64,000 bases of DNA from assembly GCA_038214755.1 (NCBI GenBank), contig JBBQRQ010000014.1, positions 1-64,000 of the forward strand. Reading direction: 5' to 3'. The translations under genes and the position numbers were made by a program. Below are positions 49,284 through 59,182 of the stretch, piece by piece. A model generated the notes under the pieces. That model was given only the letters and a program-made list of their open reading frames with translations, was not told where the DNA came from and did not search any database. The stretch comes from Verrucomicrobiota bacterium (lineage in GTDB: Bacteria > Verrucomicrobiota > Verrucomicrobiia > Limisphaerales > CANJXF01). Numbering within the stretch: position 1 is the stretch's first letter; each line of letters opens with the position of its first letter.

Positions 49284-50359
49284 TCAGGAAGCTCCACCCA
49301 TTGCCGCGTTTCGGAAGATTTCACCGCTGCATCCATCACCGCTTGCGCTTGTGCCCCGTCGTGAAAACTCGGCGAACAGGGCCGCTGATTGCGAATCGCG
49401 TCCACAAACTCCCACGCCTGATCGTAACGGAACGTCACCAGCGGATCGCCCTGCGATGGGTCACGCGGCGAGCCGGGAATTTTCCAAAACTCTTTCGGTA
49501 TATCAATGGTTTCCAAACCTGGCCCGCCCGCCCTTCCGGTTTGAAGTTTATTCCATTCGCCCGTGATGAAAACGAACGATCGCTCGGAGCCGTTAACTTC
49601 GACGTAATCCAGGCTGCGCCAGCTTTCGTTGCGGCCGCTCGCGAGTTTGCTGCTTTCTAAAACTCCCGTCGCGCCCTTTACAAAGTCCGCGAGGATGGCG
49701 ACGCAATCGTCGAGATCATTTTCTTGTCCGCCGCGCAACGGGTGAAATGTTGCCATGTTGGCCACCAGCCGTTTCATCGGGCCAACCAGAAGGTGCGCGA
49801 AGTCGATGCGATGACTGAGCATGTCGCCAAGTTCTCCGGTGCCGGAAAGTTTTTTCACCTGTCGCCATCCCAGACCGCGCGTCCCCCAATCCTGCAAACG
49901 GCACGAGCGATAATGATACGGGTGACCCAGATCACCGCGCGCGACGAGGTGAGCGAGATAACGCATCGCCGGAACAAAACGATATGTGAATGCCGTCATG
50001 TGGCGAACGTTCGCTTGGTCAGCGGCGTTCGCCATCGCTTTCGCATCCGCAAAATTCAACGCCAGCGGTTTCTCACACAAAACGTGTTTGCCATGCGCAA
50101 TGGCGTCGAGGGCGATTGGCGCGTGAGTAAAATTTGGGGTCGCGATGATGACCGCGTTCACGTCATCACGTTTCACGATTTCTTCGTGCCGCGTTGAAAT
50201 AGTGTGGACACCCGTTTGCTGGCGCGCGCGTTCCAGCGTCGGAGCATCGCTGTCACAAAGCGCGACGACGTTCACTTCTGGGCACAAATTGAGTCCCGGC
50301 AAATGATTTTGCAGAGCAACACTTCCGCAGCCGACGATGGCGAAATTAAGCGTGCTCAT
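49280..50359 (-). CDS. Gfo/Idh/MocA oxidoreductase
   Basis: VGCG, ATPN..H, HVLCEKP, D..SH.ID. Confidence 0.92.
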   Translation of the reverse strand: MSTLNFAIVGCGSVALQNHLPGLNLCPEVNVVALCDSDAPTLERARQQTGVHTISTRHEEIVKRDDVNAVIIATPNFTHAPIALDAIAHGKHVLCEKPLALNFADAKAMANAADQANVRHMTAFTYRFVPAMRYLAHLVARGDLGHPYHYRSCRLQDWGTRGLGWRQVKKLSGTGELGDMLSHRIDFAHLLVGPMKRLVANMATFHPLRGGQENDLDDCVAILADFVKGATGVLESSKLASGRNESWRSLDYVEVNGSERSFVFITGEWNKLQTGRAGGPGLETIDIPKEFWKIPGSPRDPSQGDPLVTFRYDQAWEFVDAIRNQRPCSPSFHDGAQAQAVMDAAVKSSETRQWVELPD

Positions 50360-50382
50360 ATTCGGGAAATCGTCGCTCCTTA

Positions 50383-50970
50383 TTACGCTTTAGGCGTCGC
50401 GACTAAATTGAATTTCCTTAACAACCATTCGAGCAGCACCTCTTGATCGTCGATTGTTGCGCGGCGGACTTGGGAAAGTAGGTGAACTCGATCCGGTTTT
50501 GGCAGTGCGGTGTTCTGCAAGCCTTCATTGCAATTTGTGCAAACGGCGCGGAGATTCTGTGGCGAATCGTCTCCCCCTTTAGATTTGTCTTTAATATGAC
50601 CGATTGTTAAGCGCACGGGACGCGGCCCGCCTAACGGGTCTGGATCACCAGCCGCAACCCCGCACATTTGGCACGTATGCCCATTACGCTCAAGGACACG
50701 AGCGCGCGTTTCTTTTGAGATTCCTCGCTTGAATGCCGGAACACGGACAACCGTTTCCAGGAGGTATTGGTCTGGCTTTAAGTCCGCACGGTCTTTGTGG
50801 GAGAGAATTTGATAACCTTCTTCATTACGAAGTTCTCGAACTCGCCGCGCCCATTCCGACGCGCCACCGCTTGCCTCTCGAATTTCTCGGGATTTCAAGA
50901 CTCTGCCGATGTTGGCAAGAAAGTAGTTTAGGATTCGTTCTTTAGAGCCTGAGCTTTTCTTGGATGGCAT
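50383..50970 (-). CDS. KpnI-like HNH restriction endonuclease
   Basis: W.RRVRELR.EEGY.ILS, CQMC..GD.DP.GG..LT.GH..NL..CTNCN; overlaps the MTase. Confidence 0.75.
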   Translation of the reverse strand: MPSKKSSGSKERILNYFLANIGRVLKSREIREASGGASEWARRVRELRNEEGYQILSHKDRADLKPDQYLLETVVRVPAFKRGISKETRARVLERNGHTCQMCGVAAGDPDPLGGPRPVRLTIGHIKDKSKGGDDSPQNLRAVCTNCNEGLQNTALPKPDRVHLLSQVRRATIDDQEVLLEWLLRKFNLVATPKA

Positions 50971-51823
50971 AACGTATTCGTTGCTTAGAGATATGGGAGT
51001 ATTCGGGGTTAAGTTCCACGAGTATTGCCCCGCGACCTAGCTCTTGCGCGACGGCACCCGTTGTGCCTGACCCGCCGAAAGGATCAAGCACGACGTCACC
51101 GGGCCTGCTACCAAGTAAAATGCAACGCCGTGCCAGTTCGCGCGGGAACGCAGCAGGATGTCCCTTGCCGCTTACATCGGGACCAAGCGTCCAGCAGTTC
51201 CGAAGGTTTGCGTCTGTCGGCTCTCTGACGGCTTCTGAATCGTAGTAATAATTTGGTGCTTTCGACATCAGAAAAATTTCCTCTGTCGCGTTAGTTGGTC
51301 GATTCTTGACGCTTTCAGGCATCGCCGTTTTCTTGAGCCAAGTTATCTTCGATCTCAACACCCACCCGTCGGCTTGTAGCGCGAATGCGACCCGCCAAGG
51401 CAATCCCATCAAGTCTCGATCTTTCAAGCCCCAACAGTTTGGCACTTTGCAATTTCGTTTTTGAATTAGCTTTTTGGTATTGCCAACTATTGCGTTCGGG
51501 CCGCAATTGCCCGTCCCCCCATTGCGAGCGTATCCGTCGCCCACGTTTAGCCAAAGCGTTCCGTCTTTTCGTAGGACACGCCAGACTTCGCGAAATATTT
51601 CCACGAGGTTTGCGACATATTGATCTGGCGAAGCTTCTGCACCGATTTGTGACGGGTGCGCATAGTCGCGCAACCCCCAATACGGTGGGGATGTGACGCA
51701 ACATTGAACAGAGTCAGCGGACAATAACGGAAGCAGTTTGCGACTGTCGCCGGTGAGTATCTGTAATTCCGCAATTCTCATTTCGGCGGCGTCGCCATTG
51801 CCATTCCAGTGATACGCTTTCAT
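50942..51823 (-). CDS. Beta-class DNA methyltransferase
   Basis: TSPPY, HPAAFP, LDPFGGSGTT. Confidence 0.92.
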   Translation of the reverse strand: MKAYHWNGNGDAAEMRIAELQILTGDSRKLLPLLSADSVQCCVTSPPYWGLRDYAHPSQIGAEASPDQYVANLVEIFREVWRVLRKDGTLWLNVGDGYARNGGTGNCGPNAIVGNTKKLIQKRNCKVPNCWGLKDRDLMGLPWRVAFALQADGWVLRSKITWLKKTAMPESVKNRPTNATEEIFLMSKAPNYYYDSEAVREPTDANLRNCWTLGPDVSGKGHPAAFPRELARRCILLGSRPGDVVLDPFGGSGTTGAVAQELGRGAILVELNPEYSHISKQRIRYAIQEKLRL

Positions 51824-51950
51824 TTTTCGTTCTTCGACATCTTGGAAAATTTATCTTCGCAAGTCCAGATTTCCGTCGAGTTTCTTCACAAAAGCGGATT
51901 CCCTTCTTTTCAACCGCGGATTGGTGCATTAGCTTCTCGCCACTTTTGCA

Positions 51951-53390
51951 ATGCCCAGCGTCTTTATCAAAACTTACGGATGCCAGATGAACGAGCGCGA
52001 CTCGGAAGCCGTCGCCGCGCAACTCGTCTCCAAGGGTTATTCGCTCGCGCCCTCGGAGAAATCTGCGGACGTGATTCTGCTCAACACGTGCAGCGTGCGC
52101 GACATGGCCGAGCAAAAAGCCATCAACAAAATGGAGAATCTGGCCGGGCAATTTCGCAAAACGCGTCCAGAAGTCATTCTCGGTTTCATGGGTTGCATGG
52201 CGCAAAGTCGCGGACAACAACTCATCGATAAATTGCCGGATGTGGACCTCGTGCTCGGCACGCAAAAATTTCATCGCGCCGCCGAATATCTCGACGAAAT
52301 TTTTTCCGGCAAGCGCGCAAAGATTGTCGATGTGGCCGAGGAAAAAGGGAGTGAAGCGACGATCAAGGAACACATTCTCTCCGGCAACGCCAAAGACAAA
52401 TCGGTCAGCGCTTTCGTCAGCATCATGCAAGGCTGCAATCAATACTGCACCTTTTGCATCGTGCCTTACACGCGCGGCGAAGAACGCAGCCGAACCATTT
52501 CAGATGTGGTTGCTGAATGCCGGGAACTCATTTCGCGCGGCGTGAAAGAAATTACTTTGCTCGGGCAAATCGTCACAAGCTACGGCAAACGATTTTCGTT
52601 GGAAGAATTACAGGGTAGGGCGGGCAGTCCTCTGCCCGCCGCTCTGACGAATTGCGATGACGGCGCGCACGGAGTGACGCGCCCTACCTTTAAAAAATCC
52701 GCCTTCGTGCAATTGCTCGAAGCCATTCACGAGATTGACGGACTGGAAAGAATTCGTTTCACCTCGCCCCATCCCAAAGGTTACGGCGACGATTTGGTCG
52801 AGGCTTACGCGCGTTTGCCGAAGCTTTGTGAGAGCGCTCACCTCCCGGCGCAAAGCGGCAGCAATCGACTTTTGAAATTGATGCATCGCGGCTACACGCG
52901 GGAACGTTTTTTTGAAATCGTGGAAAAACTTCGCCGGGCAAAACCAAATATTGGAGTCACGACTGACCTCATCGTCGGCTTTCCCGGTGAAACCGAAGCA
53001 GACTTTGAAGAAACCCTTTCGCTCGCCCGCGAAACGCAATTCGACAACGCCTACATTTTCAAATATTCGCCGCGCAAAGATACGCCCGCCGCCGGGATGC
53101 CCGACCAACTTTCGCAGGAAATCAAAGAGGAACGAAACGCGCGTCTGCTCAATCTCGTCAACGAAATCGCCGCCAAAAAATATGAACGCTTCGTCGGCCA
53201 GAAAGTCCAAATCCTCGTGGAAGGCGAAAGCAAAAAAAATCCCGCGCGCATGGCGGGCCGGACGCGTTGCAACAAAATTGTTTTATTCGAAGGCAACGAC
53301 CGGCATCGTGGGCAACTGATGGATTTGAAAATTCAACGCACCGGCTCGTTTACCCTTTATGGCGATCCTGCCATCCTCAACCTGGATTAA
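51951..53390 (+). CDS. miaB: tRNA-2-methylthio-N6-dimethylallyladenosine synthase
   Basis: TYGCQMNERDS, NTCSVR, GCMAQ, CNQYCTFC, TRAM domain; contains an in-frame repeat insertion. Confidence 0.95.
   Translation: MPSVFIKTYGCQMNERDSEAVAAQLVSKGYSLAPSEKSADVILLNTCSVRDMAEQKAINKMENLAGQFRKTRPEVILGFMGCMAQSRGQQLIDKLPDVDLVLGTQKFHRAAEYLDEIFSGKRAKIVDVAEEKGSEATIKEHILSGNAKDKSVSAFVSIMQGCNQYCTFCIVPYTRGEERSRTISDVVAECRELISRGVKEITLLGQIVTSYGKRFSLEELQGRAGSPLPAALTNCDDGAHGVTRPTFKKSAFVQLLEAIHEIDGLERIRFTSPHPKGYGDDLVEAYARLPKLCESAHLPAQSGSNRLLKLMHRGYTRERFFEIVEKLRRAKPNIGVTTDLIVGFPGETEADFEETLSLARETQFDNAYIFKYSPRKDTPAAGMPDQLSQEIKEERNARLLNLVNEIAAKKYERFVGQKVQILVEGESKKNPARMAGRTRCNKIVLFEGNDRHRGQLMDLKIQRTGSFTLYGDPAILNLD
52614..52688. 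repeat. REP pair inside the miaB coding sequence
   Basis: ggtagggcgggcagtcctctgcccgccg ... cggcgcgcacggagtgacgcgccctacc, 75 bp. Confidence 0.85.
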
Positions 53391-53468
53391 GAAATGACTG
53401 CATTTATCAAGCGCGACCTCGCTGGCGATTTTCTTCTACTCCTGAATTCTCTTTCCCGGCACTCGCCT

Positions 53469-53538
53469 GTAGCCGCCGACGTGAGGAGGCGCAAACTCGC
53501 GCGCCAGACTGGATCCGCCTCCTCACCTCGGCGGCTTC
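53469..53538. repeat. GTAGCCGCCGAC REP pair
   Basis: Same family as 24405/24594, 5387-5410, 26182-26203 and 31491/31713. Confidence 0.85.
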
Positions 53539-53608
53539 TGTTGCAGAGTTTCAAGCGCGGAAGTTTCTTTCGGCCAAATCTCTCCTGACTCCTGACTCCT
53601 CTAAAACT

Positions 53609-54160
53609 ATGCAGATGAAACTTTCCACGATTGCGATTTTTATGGGGTCGCTCGTCGCCCTGATTAATTTTTTTGGCGTGATCAAGCCAAACGAATTTGG
53701 CGTCGCACTTCGCAAATTTCCGCGTTCGACTGGCATCGGCTATTTTCTAATCCTCCTCGGCACGGCGTGGTTTATCTGGAATTTAAAACAGGAATCCATT
53801 TCAGATTTTGAAGCGTTGAAACCGGCGCTTTATGCGCTGTTCATCGCCGTCGGTGTCGGAACCTGTGTCTTCGTAAAAGACTTTCTGGCCGTGCGTGGTA
53901 TGGCGATTCTACTCTTGTTGGCCGCGAAATTAATGGTGGATGCCGGCCGCCCGCGTCTCGGCGAAACGGCGTGGGTTTTGGTCATCCAATGCTGGGCCTA
54001 CTTTCTGGTGATCGTCGGAATCTGGTTCACCATTTCTCCCTGGCGCATGCGTGACCTGCTGAATTGGGGAACGGCCAACGAAAAACGAATTCGCATCGGA
54101 AGCGGTCTGCGCATGGCCTTCGGTTTGTTCGTCGCCACTCTTGGAATAAAAGTTTTCTAA
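53609..54160 (+). CDS. Hypothetical membrane protein
   Basis: About 6 hydrophobic helices; ATG lies after the repeat region. Confidence 0.75.
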   Translation: MQMKLSTIAIFMGSLVALINFFGVIKPNEFGVALRKFPRSTGIGYFLILLGTAWFIWNLKQESISDFEALKPALYALFIAVGVGTCVFVKDFLAVRGMAILLLLAAKLMVDAGRPRLGETAWVLVIQCWAYFLVIVGIWFTISPWRMRDLLNWGTANEKRIRIGSGLRMAFGLFVATLGIKVF

Positions 54161-54257
54161 TTCGCCGAATTCTTGCGGGTAGCGTCGCCCCACCCTCTAC
54201 GTTAGCGGTCGCGTCACGGCTGTTGAGGCACTTGAGAAGCGTTGAGGTTTGTCGCAA

Positions 54258-54488
54258 TTATGCGGCCTGCATCTCTTCAATTTGCGTGATGTGCATGATC
54301 GCGCAGTTCACAAATCTTTCAGCGATTCCATCCGGGTCGGGATGCACGCCGATTTCAACGGAGTTTCTGCTGACCAGCGCCGCATCGTGATTTTGGACCT
54401 CGTAGGATTTTCCGTCCGACAGATGGATTCTGAATGGCTTGAATGGCTCCGCATCCATCATCTCTTTGATTTGTATTGCTGTGAACAT
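54258..54488 (-). CDS. Small hypothetical protein
   Basis: PFKPFRIHLSDGKSYEV..HITQIEE, a recurring small-protein pattern. Confidence 0.7.
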   Translation of the reverse strand: MFTAIQIKEMMDAEPFKPFRIHLSDGKSYEVQNHDAALVSRNSVEIGVHPDPDGIAERFVNCAIMHITQIEEMQAA

Positions 54489-54578
54489 GGGTTCAGTTTT
54501 CGCGGTTTTTAGATTTTTGTCGAGTCGGCAGTTCAAACTTTGAACTTTCTTCCAAATTCATTAGCGTCGCACCGCCTG

Positions 54579-55676
54579 ATGAAAACGGCGCTATCAATAT
54601 TTAATTTGCGCAACCAACTGCGTCTGCAAGAAGGCGGTCTGCTCGTCGTGATTTTTGTCTTGGGCGCGATGCTCACGATTTTCGGCGGAAAAGTTTCCCG
54701 AGTGGAAATGCGAAAGAATTCCCTCGGCGAAATCGAACGCGTCGAAGTTCTAAAAAATAAATTTCTCAATTCGGCCACGCTTCTGCAACTCGCCAAAGAC
54801 ACCAGCTTCGTTGCCGTCATGGCCGTCGGCGCCACGTTCGTAATTATCTCTGGCGGAATCGATTTGTCGGTCGGCGCTATCTATGCGCTGGCCTCCGTTT
54901 TGAGCGCGCTGATTTTTCATCGTTTCGGTCCCGAAATTTCTCAGATTGAAAATGGAAACTGGTCCGGCGTTTTCCTCGGAATTTCCGCGTGCCTCGCCGT
55001 CGCCGCGCTTTGCGGATTGTGCAACGGCGCGATGATCGTCGCGCTAAAAGTCCATCCCTTCATCATCACGCTCGGAACCATGGCCGTTTTTCGTGGCATC
55101 GCTTTTGTCGTTAGCGAGGGGCAATCCGTCGGCGGTTTTCCGCAAACTTTTCGCCAACTGGTTTTGTGGGAAACCGGCGGACTCACTCCGATTCCATTTC
55201 TGGTGACGATTGCGGTGATGGTTCTGGGAAGTATTTATTTATCGCGTTTGGTGATGGGGCGAAAAATTTATGCGATTGGCGGGAATGAACTGGCGAGCCG
55301 TTTCAGCGGCATCCGCGTCTGGCGAACGAAGCTGAGTGTCTATGTCATTTCCGGTTTGACGGCGGGAATCGCGGCTCTGCTCGCGCTGGGATATTACGGG
55401 AGCGCCTCGTCGAGTGATGGACAAGGTTACGAACTGAACGTGATCGCGGCGGCAGTGGTGGGTGGCGCGAGTTTGTCCGGCGGAAAAGGTTCTGCGCTCG
55501 GCGCGATCCTCGGCGCGTTGATTCTGCAAATGATCAACACTGGAATTGTCATCCTCAACATCAACCAGAACTACAGCCAAATTATTATCGGCGCGGTCGT
55601 GATCGTTGCCGTCGTCCTGGATCAATTCAATAACTGGCTGGCGAAACGGCGGCTGAATCAAAATAAAATTATTTAA
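54579..55676 (+). CDS. Sugar ABC transporter permease (RbsC-like)
   Basis: ISGGIDLSVG, PFIITLGT, GR.IYAIGGN, YELNVIAAAVVGGASLSGGKG. Confidence 0.92.
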   Translation: MKTALSIFNLRNQLRLQEGGLLVVIFVLGAMLTIFGGKVSRVEMRKNSLGEIERVEVLKNKFLNSATLLQLAKDTSFVAVMAVGATFVIISGGIDLSVGAIYALASVLSALIFHRFGPEISQIENGNWSGVFLGISACLAVAALCGLCNGAMIVALKVHPFIITLGTMAVFRGIAFVVSEGQSVGGFPQTFRQLVLWETGGLTPIPFLVTIAVMVLGSIYLSRLVMGRKIYAIGGNELASRFSGIRVWRTKLSVYVISGLTAGIAALLALGYYGSASSSDGQGYELNVIAAAVVGGASLSGGKGSALGAILGALILQMINTGIVILNINQNYSQIIIGAVVIVAVVLDQFNNWLAKRRLNQNKII

Positions 55677-55792
55677 CCAGTTGGGAAACTCTTTTGAACG
55701 CCGGATGGACGGAACTAATCAGAGGTCAACCTGCGGAAAAAGTTTTTTGCCGAAAATTCGAGCGAAGTAATCTTGAAACCAAATCCTATTTG

Positions 55793-56056
55793 TTACGCTT
55801 CTCGAAATTGTTGCCCCAATTTTTTGAGTTCCAATCCATACGGAAAGAGATCTCGTAAATCTACAGACAGCACTTTCGCGAGAAATAAAAGCTCGCAGTC
55901 TGAAACCCAGCGCAAGCGTGATTCCAATTTTGCCAATGACGTTCGACTTACATCCCATCCAGCCAGTTGCAGTTTCTGGGCGAGAACTTCTTGGGTCCAA
56001 CCGCGTTGATTGCGCAGCTTTCTGATTTGGGGACCGACAACATTCAAAGGCCTCAT
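55793..56056 (-). CDS. Xre-family HTH regulator
   Basis: NVVGPQIRKLRNQRGWTQEVLA..SLAKLE..R.VSD.EL. Confidence 0.9.
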   Translation of the reverse strand: MRPLNVVGPQIRKLRNQRGWTQEVLAQKLQLAGWDVSRTSLAKLESRLRWVSDCELLFLAKVLSVDLRDLFPYGLELKKLGQQFREA

Positions 56057-56097
56057 TGAAATTTGGCCTTGACCGTAGTCGGATTGAGAATAAACCT

Positions 56098-56117
56098 TTG
56101 TTCCCGATCAGGAACAA
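56098..56117. promoter_or_regulatory. Candidate Xre operator
   Basis: TTGTTCCcGATCaGGAACAA, a 20-bp palindrome with one mismatched pair in the divergent intergenic region. Confidence 0.6.
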
Positions 56118-56159
56118 GAGCGACAGACGTTGCTTGCCTGGTCGCACAGGTGGAAATTT

Positions 56160-58016
56160 ATGAAAAAATCAGGTTTAACAATCGTCTCGGTTCTACTTTT
56201 CTGTTCAACGTATTTCGCAACAGCGCAAGTTGCACCATCTCTGCGTATCACAAACGATTCCCCGACTTCGGTTGCGATTGATTGGAGGAGCGAAATTGGA
56301 ACTGACTACCGCCTTTTGTTTACTGAATCGATAGACGTGTTTTCGCTGTGGACGCCACTCCAGGATATTTCCGCCACCAGCACCAATTCTTCCGTCTCTG
56401 TCGCCAGCACGGAAACTCCGACCGGCTTTTTCAAAATGGTGGTTCTGACAGGAGCTACCGGATTCCCCACGGCTCGCATTCTTTCTCCGACAAATGGTGA
56501 AACTGTTAGTGGAATAATTTCGTTGCGCGTGGGAGCGCAAGACGACAGTCAGTTAATGAAAGTCAATCTTTACATGGACGATGGGCTGATCGCATTTCTC
56601 GAAGCAGGTGAGCTCAATTTCAAAATTGACACGACTCATTTTACAAATGGAACCCACACTTTTTACGCAGTGGCGGTGGACAATTCTGAAAACGAAACTC
56701 AATCGGCTTCTGTCACGGCGAATTTTGAAAATGTGGTGCGGTGGCCGGACGCCGATTCGCTCTTCCAGGATTTCGTGCAGATTGAAGTGGAATCAGATAT
56801 TTTTCCCGCCAATTGGACGGTCTTTGTGGAAGACTTGGCCGGTAACACGCTACGCACTTTTTCGGGTTCTACTTCGGACGGACTAATTCAAACCAACTGG
56901 GATGGACTGGATAACAACAGCGTGCCCGCGCCAGATGAAGCGGCTTATCGGGTAACAGTGGTGGTCACAGCGGGAGATTCTGCAATGCAATCTTCTTCTT
57001 TCGAAAAGAGCGACACAGCCGAAACGAGCCGTATGAATTCGCACGGCGCAACCGACTATGAAGTCGAAGAACAAGCGCCGGATTTTACGGCTTCTTATTT
57101 CAAAATTTTCGGCGACTATTTGGCATTAACGGAAAAAGAGAAAGCGGCCCTTCCGCCAATTCCTCCTTTCCCGAATAATAAATTTGCCTCTACGATCACG
57201 AAGAAAATTTCGGCTCGCCAAATGTTTTTGTCACAAAACGAAGATGCAGAACGTGGTGGTAGTGGTTCGGTCAGCGCCGTTCTCTGGCGGGAAAACGCCT
57301 GGAGAAGCGCAAATATTCTTTTGGGCAGGCAAAAGATCACTGGTTTCGAGGGTATTCGTTGGGACGGCATTGTGGCGAGCGCGTTAACGCACATTAAAAA
57401 TACCGTAGCGACGGCGGAGGGTAACCTACCGCCGAATAATATCCGCGGAGTTTACCAAAGCTCCGTTTTTGTCACACAGAATGCCAGCGATTACACCGCG
57501 CTAACCAATAATCTGAAAACGTCCAATCCCGACATCCGCGCATTTTATTTTTGGAGTCATGGAAGCCCGGATGGAAACACCCTCGCGGGAGTCATCCACG
57601 CTCCCGACGTGGCGAACATGTTGACCAATCAATCGGAGTTCACCAGTTTGGGAAGCCCGGGTAAGCCATATGCTTTCTACAAACCTTTTAACTTTGTTTT
57701 TCTGGACGGTTGTATGACTGGAAACGGAGATTTTCCGGAAGCGTTTGGAATTCCCAAAACCAGGGGCCCAAGATTCTATCTCAAATATCGCAATGTTCAT
57801 CCTCGCGCGTTTATGGGCTGGGGCGGAAAAGTTTCCAACTCAATTTTGAACGATAATTTCCTCCGTTGGACGCGACAGTTTTGGACGAGTTGGCTGGAGA
57901 CTCCGGACGAGACTACACTTCAGGCTGCGCGAGTCGCTGCCGATAACGCTTATCCTCTACCGGCTGACGTGCCGCTCCGCATCTATGGAACGCCATTATT
58001 AAAATGGGCCGACTAA
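56160..58016 (+). CDS. Secreted Ig-like/FlgD-like protein with C-terminal caspase-fold (clan CD) domain
   Basis: Signal peptide; DTTHFTNGTH; WDGLDNN; FYFWSHG ... FVFLDGC. Paralog of 17826..19745. Confidence 0.7.
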   Translation: MKKSGLTIVSVLLFCSTYFATAQVAPSLRITNDSPTSVAIDWRSEIGTDYRLLFTESIDVFSLWTPLQDISATSTNSSVSVASTETPTGFFKMVVLTGATGFPTARILSPTNGETVSGIISLRVGAQDDSQLMKVNLYMDDGLIAFLEAGELNFKIDTTHFTNGTHTFYAVAVDNSENETQSASVTANFENVVRWPDADSLFQDFVQIEVESDIFPANWTVFVEDLAGNTLRTFSGSTSDGLIQTNWDGLDNNSVPAPDEAAYRVTVVVTAGDSAMQSSSFEKSDTAETSRMNSHGATDYEVEEQAPDFTASYFKIFGDYLALTEKEKAALPPIPPFPNNKFASTITKKISARQMFLSQNEDAERGGSGSVSAVLWRENAWRSANILLGRQKITGFEGIRWDGIVASALTHIKNTVATAEGNLPPNNIRGVYQSSVFVTQNASDYTALTNNLKTSNPDIRAFYFWSHGSPDGNTLAGVIHAPDVANMLTNQSEFTSLGSPGKPYAFYKPFNFVFLDGCMTGNGDFPEAFGIPKTRGPRFYLKYRNVHPRAFMGWGGKVSNSILNDNFLRWTRQFWTSWLETPDETTLQAARVAADNAYPLPADVPLRIYGTPLLKWAD

Positions 58017-58684
58017 TGAAATCGCTTGTTTCGGGGTTGTTTGCGTTAATTCTTTTTTCTGGCTGCCAATCCGAAGAAGAGAAAAAGCTGATTATCCTGA
58101 ATCAAACGATGATTCCCATGGTTCGGGAATTTATTTTGCGAAATGAAATTCCCTTCGATTCCAATTTCACAACGAACCAGATCAGCAAGTGGAAATTCCA
58201 ACCCTATGAAAAACGCAAGGGCGGGCAGGGTTATGTTCGCTTGCAGAATCGGTATGCTTTCTCGTTTTTCTTCGAAAAGGATAAAGTCGAAATTTGGATT
58301 TTTAAAGATGTTGCAGTCAAAACCTATTACGATCTTTTTTTTGCGCCTCAAGAGAAGATTGATGCAGTCAAAGCTTTAAATCTGAAAAACAAACTGAACG
58401 AGAAGACGGCAATTGCACTGGCCACAAAATATTTCAAGCTTCAGGGACACAAACTCGAAGATTTTCATCCGCCAGAATGCCTGCAAAGATATTGGGCGGG
58501 CACAAATTTATCCGAGGATCACAACCTTCCGTATTTTGGCGTGGAATGGTATCGCAAAGATGTGAACATGGCTGACGTCGAGCAAGGTTTTACCAGGCCG
58601 AGCGTATTGATCGAAGTTTCCGGAATCACCACAAATCTAATTTCTTACTCAAAATTCAGCATGCCGGTCGGCAGTGATTTTTGA
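58016..58684 (+). CDS. Lipoprotein with one copy of the PepSY-like partner domain
   Basis: LFSGC lipobox; TAATG coupling; TAIALA..KLQG..LPYFGVEW..IEVSG. Confidence 0.7.
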   Translation: MKSLVSGLFALILFSGCQSEEEKKLIILNQTMIPMVREFILRNEIPFDSNFTTNQISKWKFQPYEKRKGGQGYVRLQNRYAFSFFFEKDKVEIWIFKDVAVKTYYDLFFAPQEKIDAVKALNLKNKLNEKTAIALATKYFKLQGHKLEDFHPPECLQRYWAGTNLSEDHNLPYFGVEWYRKDVNMADVEQGFTRPSVLIEVSGITTNLISYSKFSMPVGSDF

Positions 58685-58705
58685 AACTTTCAAAATACTT
58701 TTCCA

Positions 58706-59047
58706 ATGAAAAAAAAGTGGGGCATCCTCCTCCTTTCAGTTTTCATTATCGGTGCGCTGGCCGGCGCGGGAGGCTGCTGGTTCTTTTCCAAAAGATGGGC
58801 TGAAAGAATTATGGACCAAGGGACGACGAGGTTTGAATTTCTCACTCTGAATAGAGAGGCTGATGTTTATCTCCATAGCTTAAAAGCCATTGATGGTGGA
58901 ACGAACGAGATACGAAAATATCAACACGTCGCCCGCTCCATGCTCACTGGCTATCTCCATGAAATCGATCACCTGCGATCAAATGCCGATTTTGAATTGC
59001 CCACGGACTTCGATACTTATAAGAAAGTGCAGGAATATCTGCACTAA
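58706..59047 (+). CDS. Hypothetical membrane-anchored protein
   Basis: N-terminal hydrophobic helix; follows the island operon. Confidence 0.6.
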   Translation: MKKKWGILLLSVFIIGALAGAGGCWFFSKRWAERIMDQGTTRFEFLTLNREADVYLHSLKAIDGGTNEIRKYQHVARSMLTGYLHEIDHLRSNADFELPTDFDTYKKVQEYLH

Positions 59048-59182
59048 TCCGGTAGTCAAAATTATTTTTGGAGATAGAGATTTCTGAGATCAGCGACTCC
59101 ACGCTCAAGAAAATACGAAGATTTCTTTAACCAAAAATCCGAAAACATCCGCCAATTTTTTCCACTCCAACGACCAGCCGAC

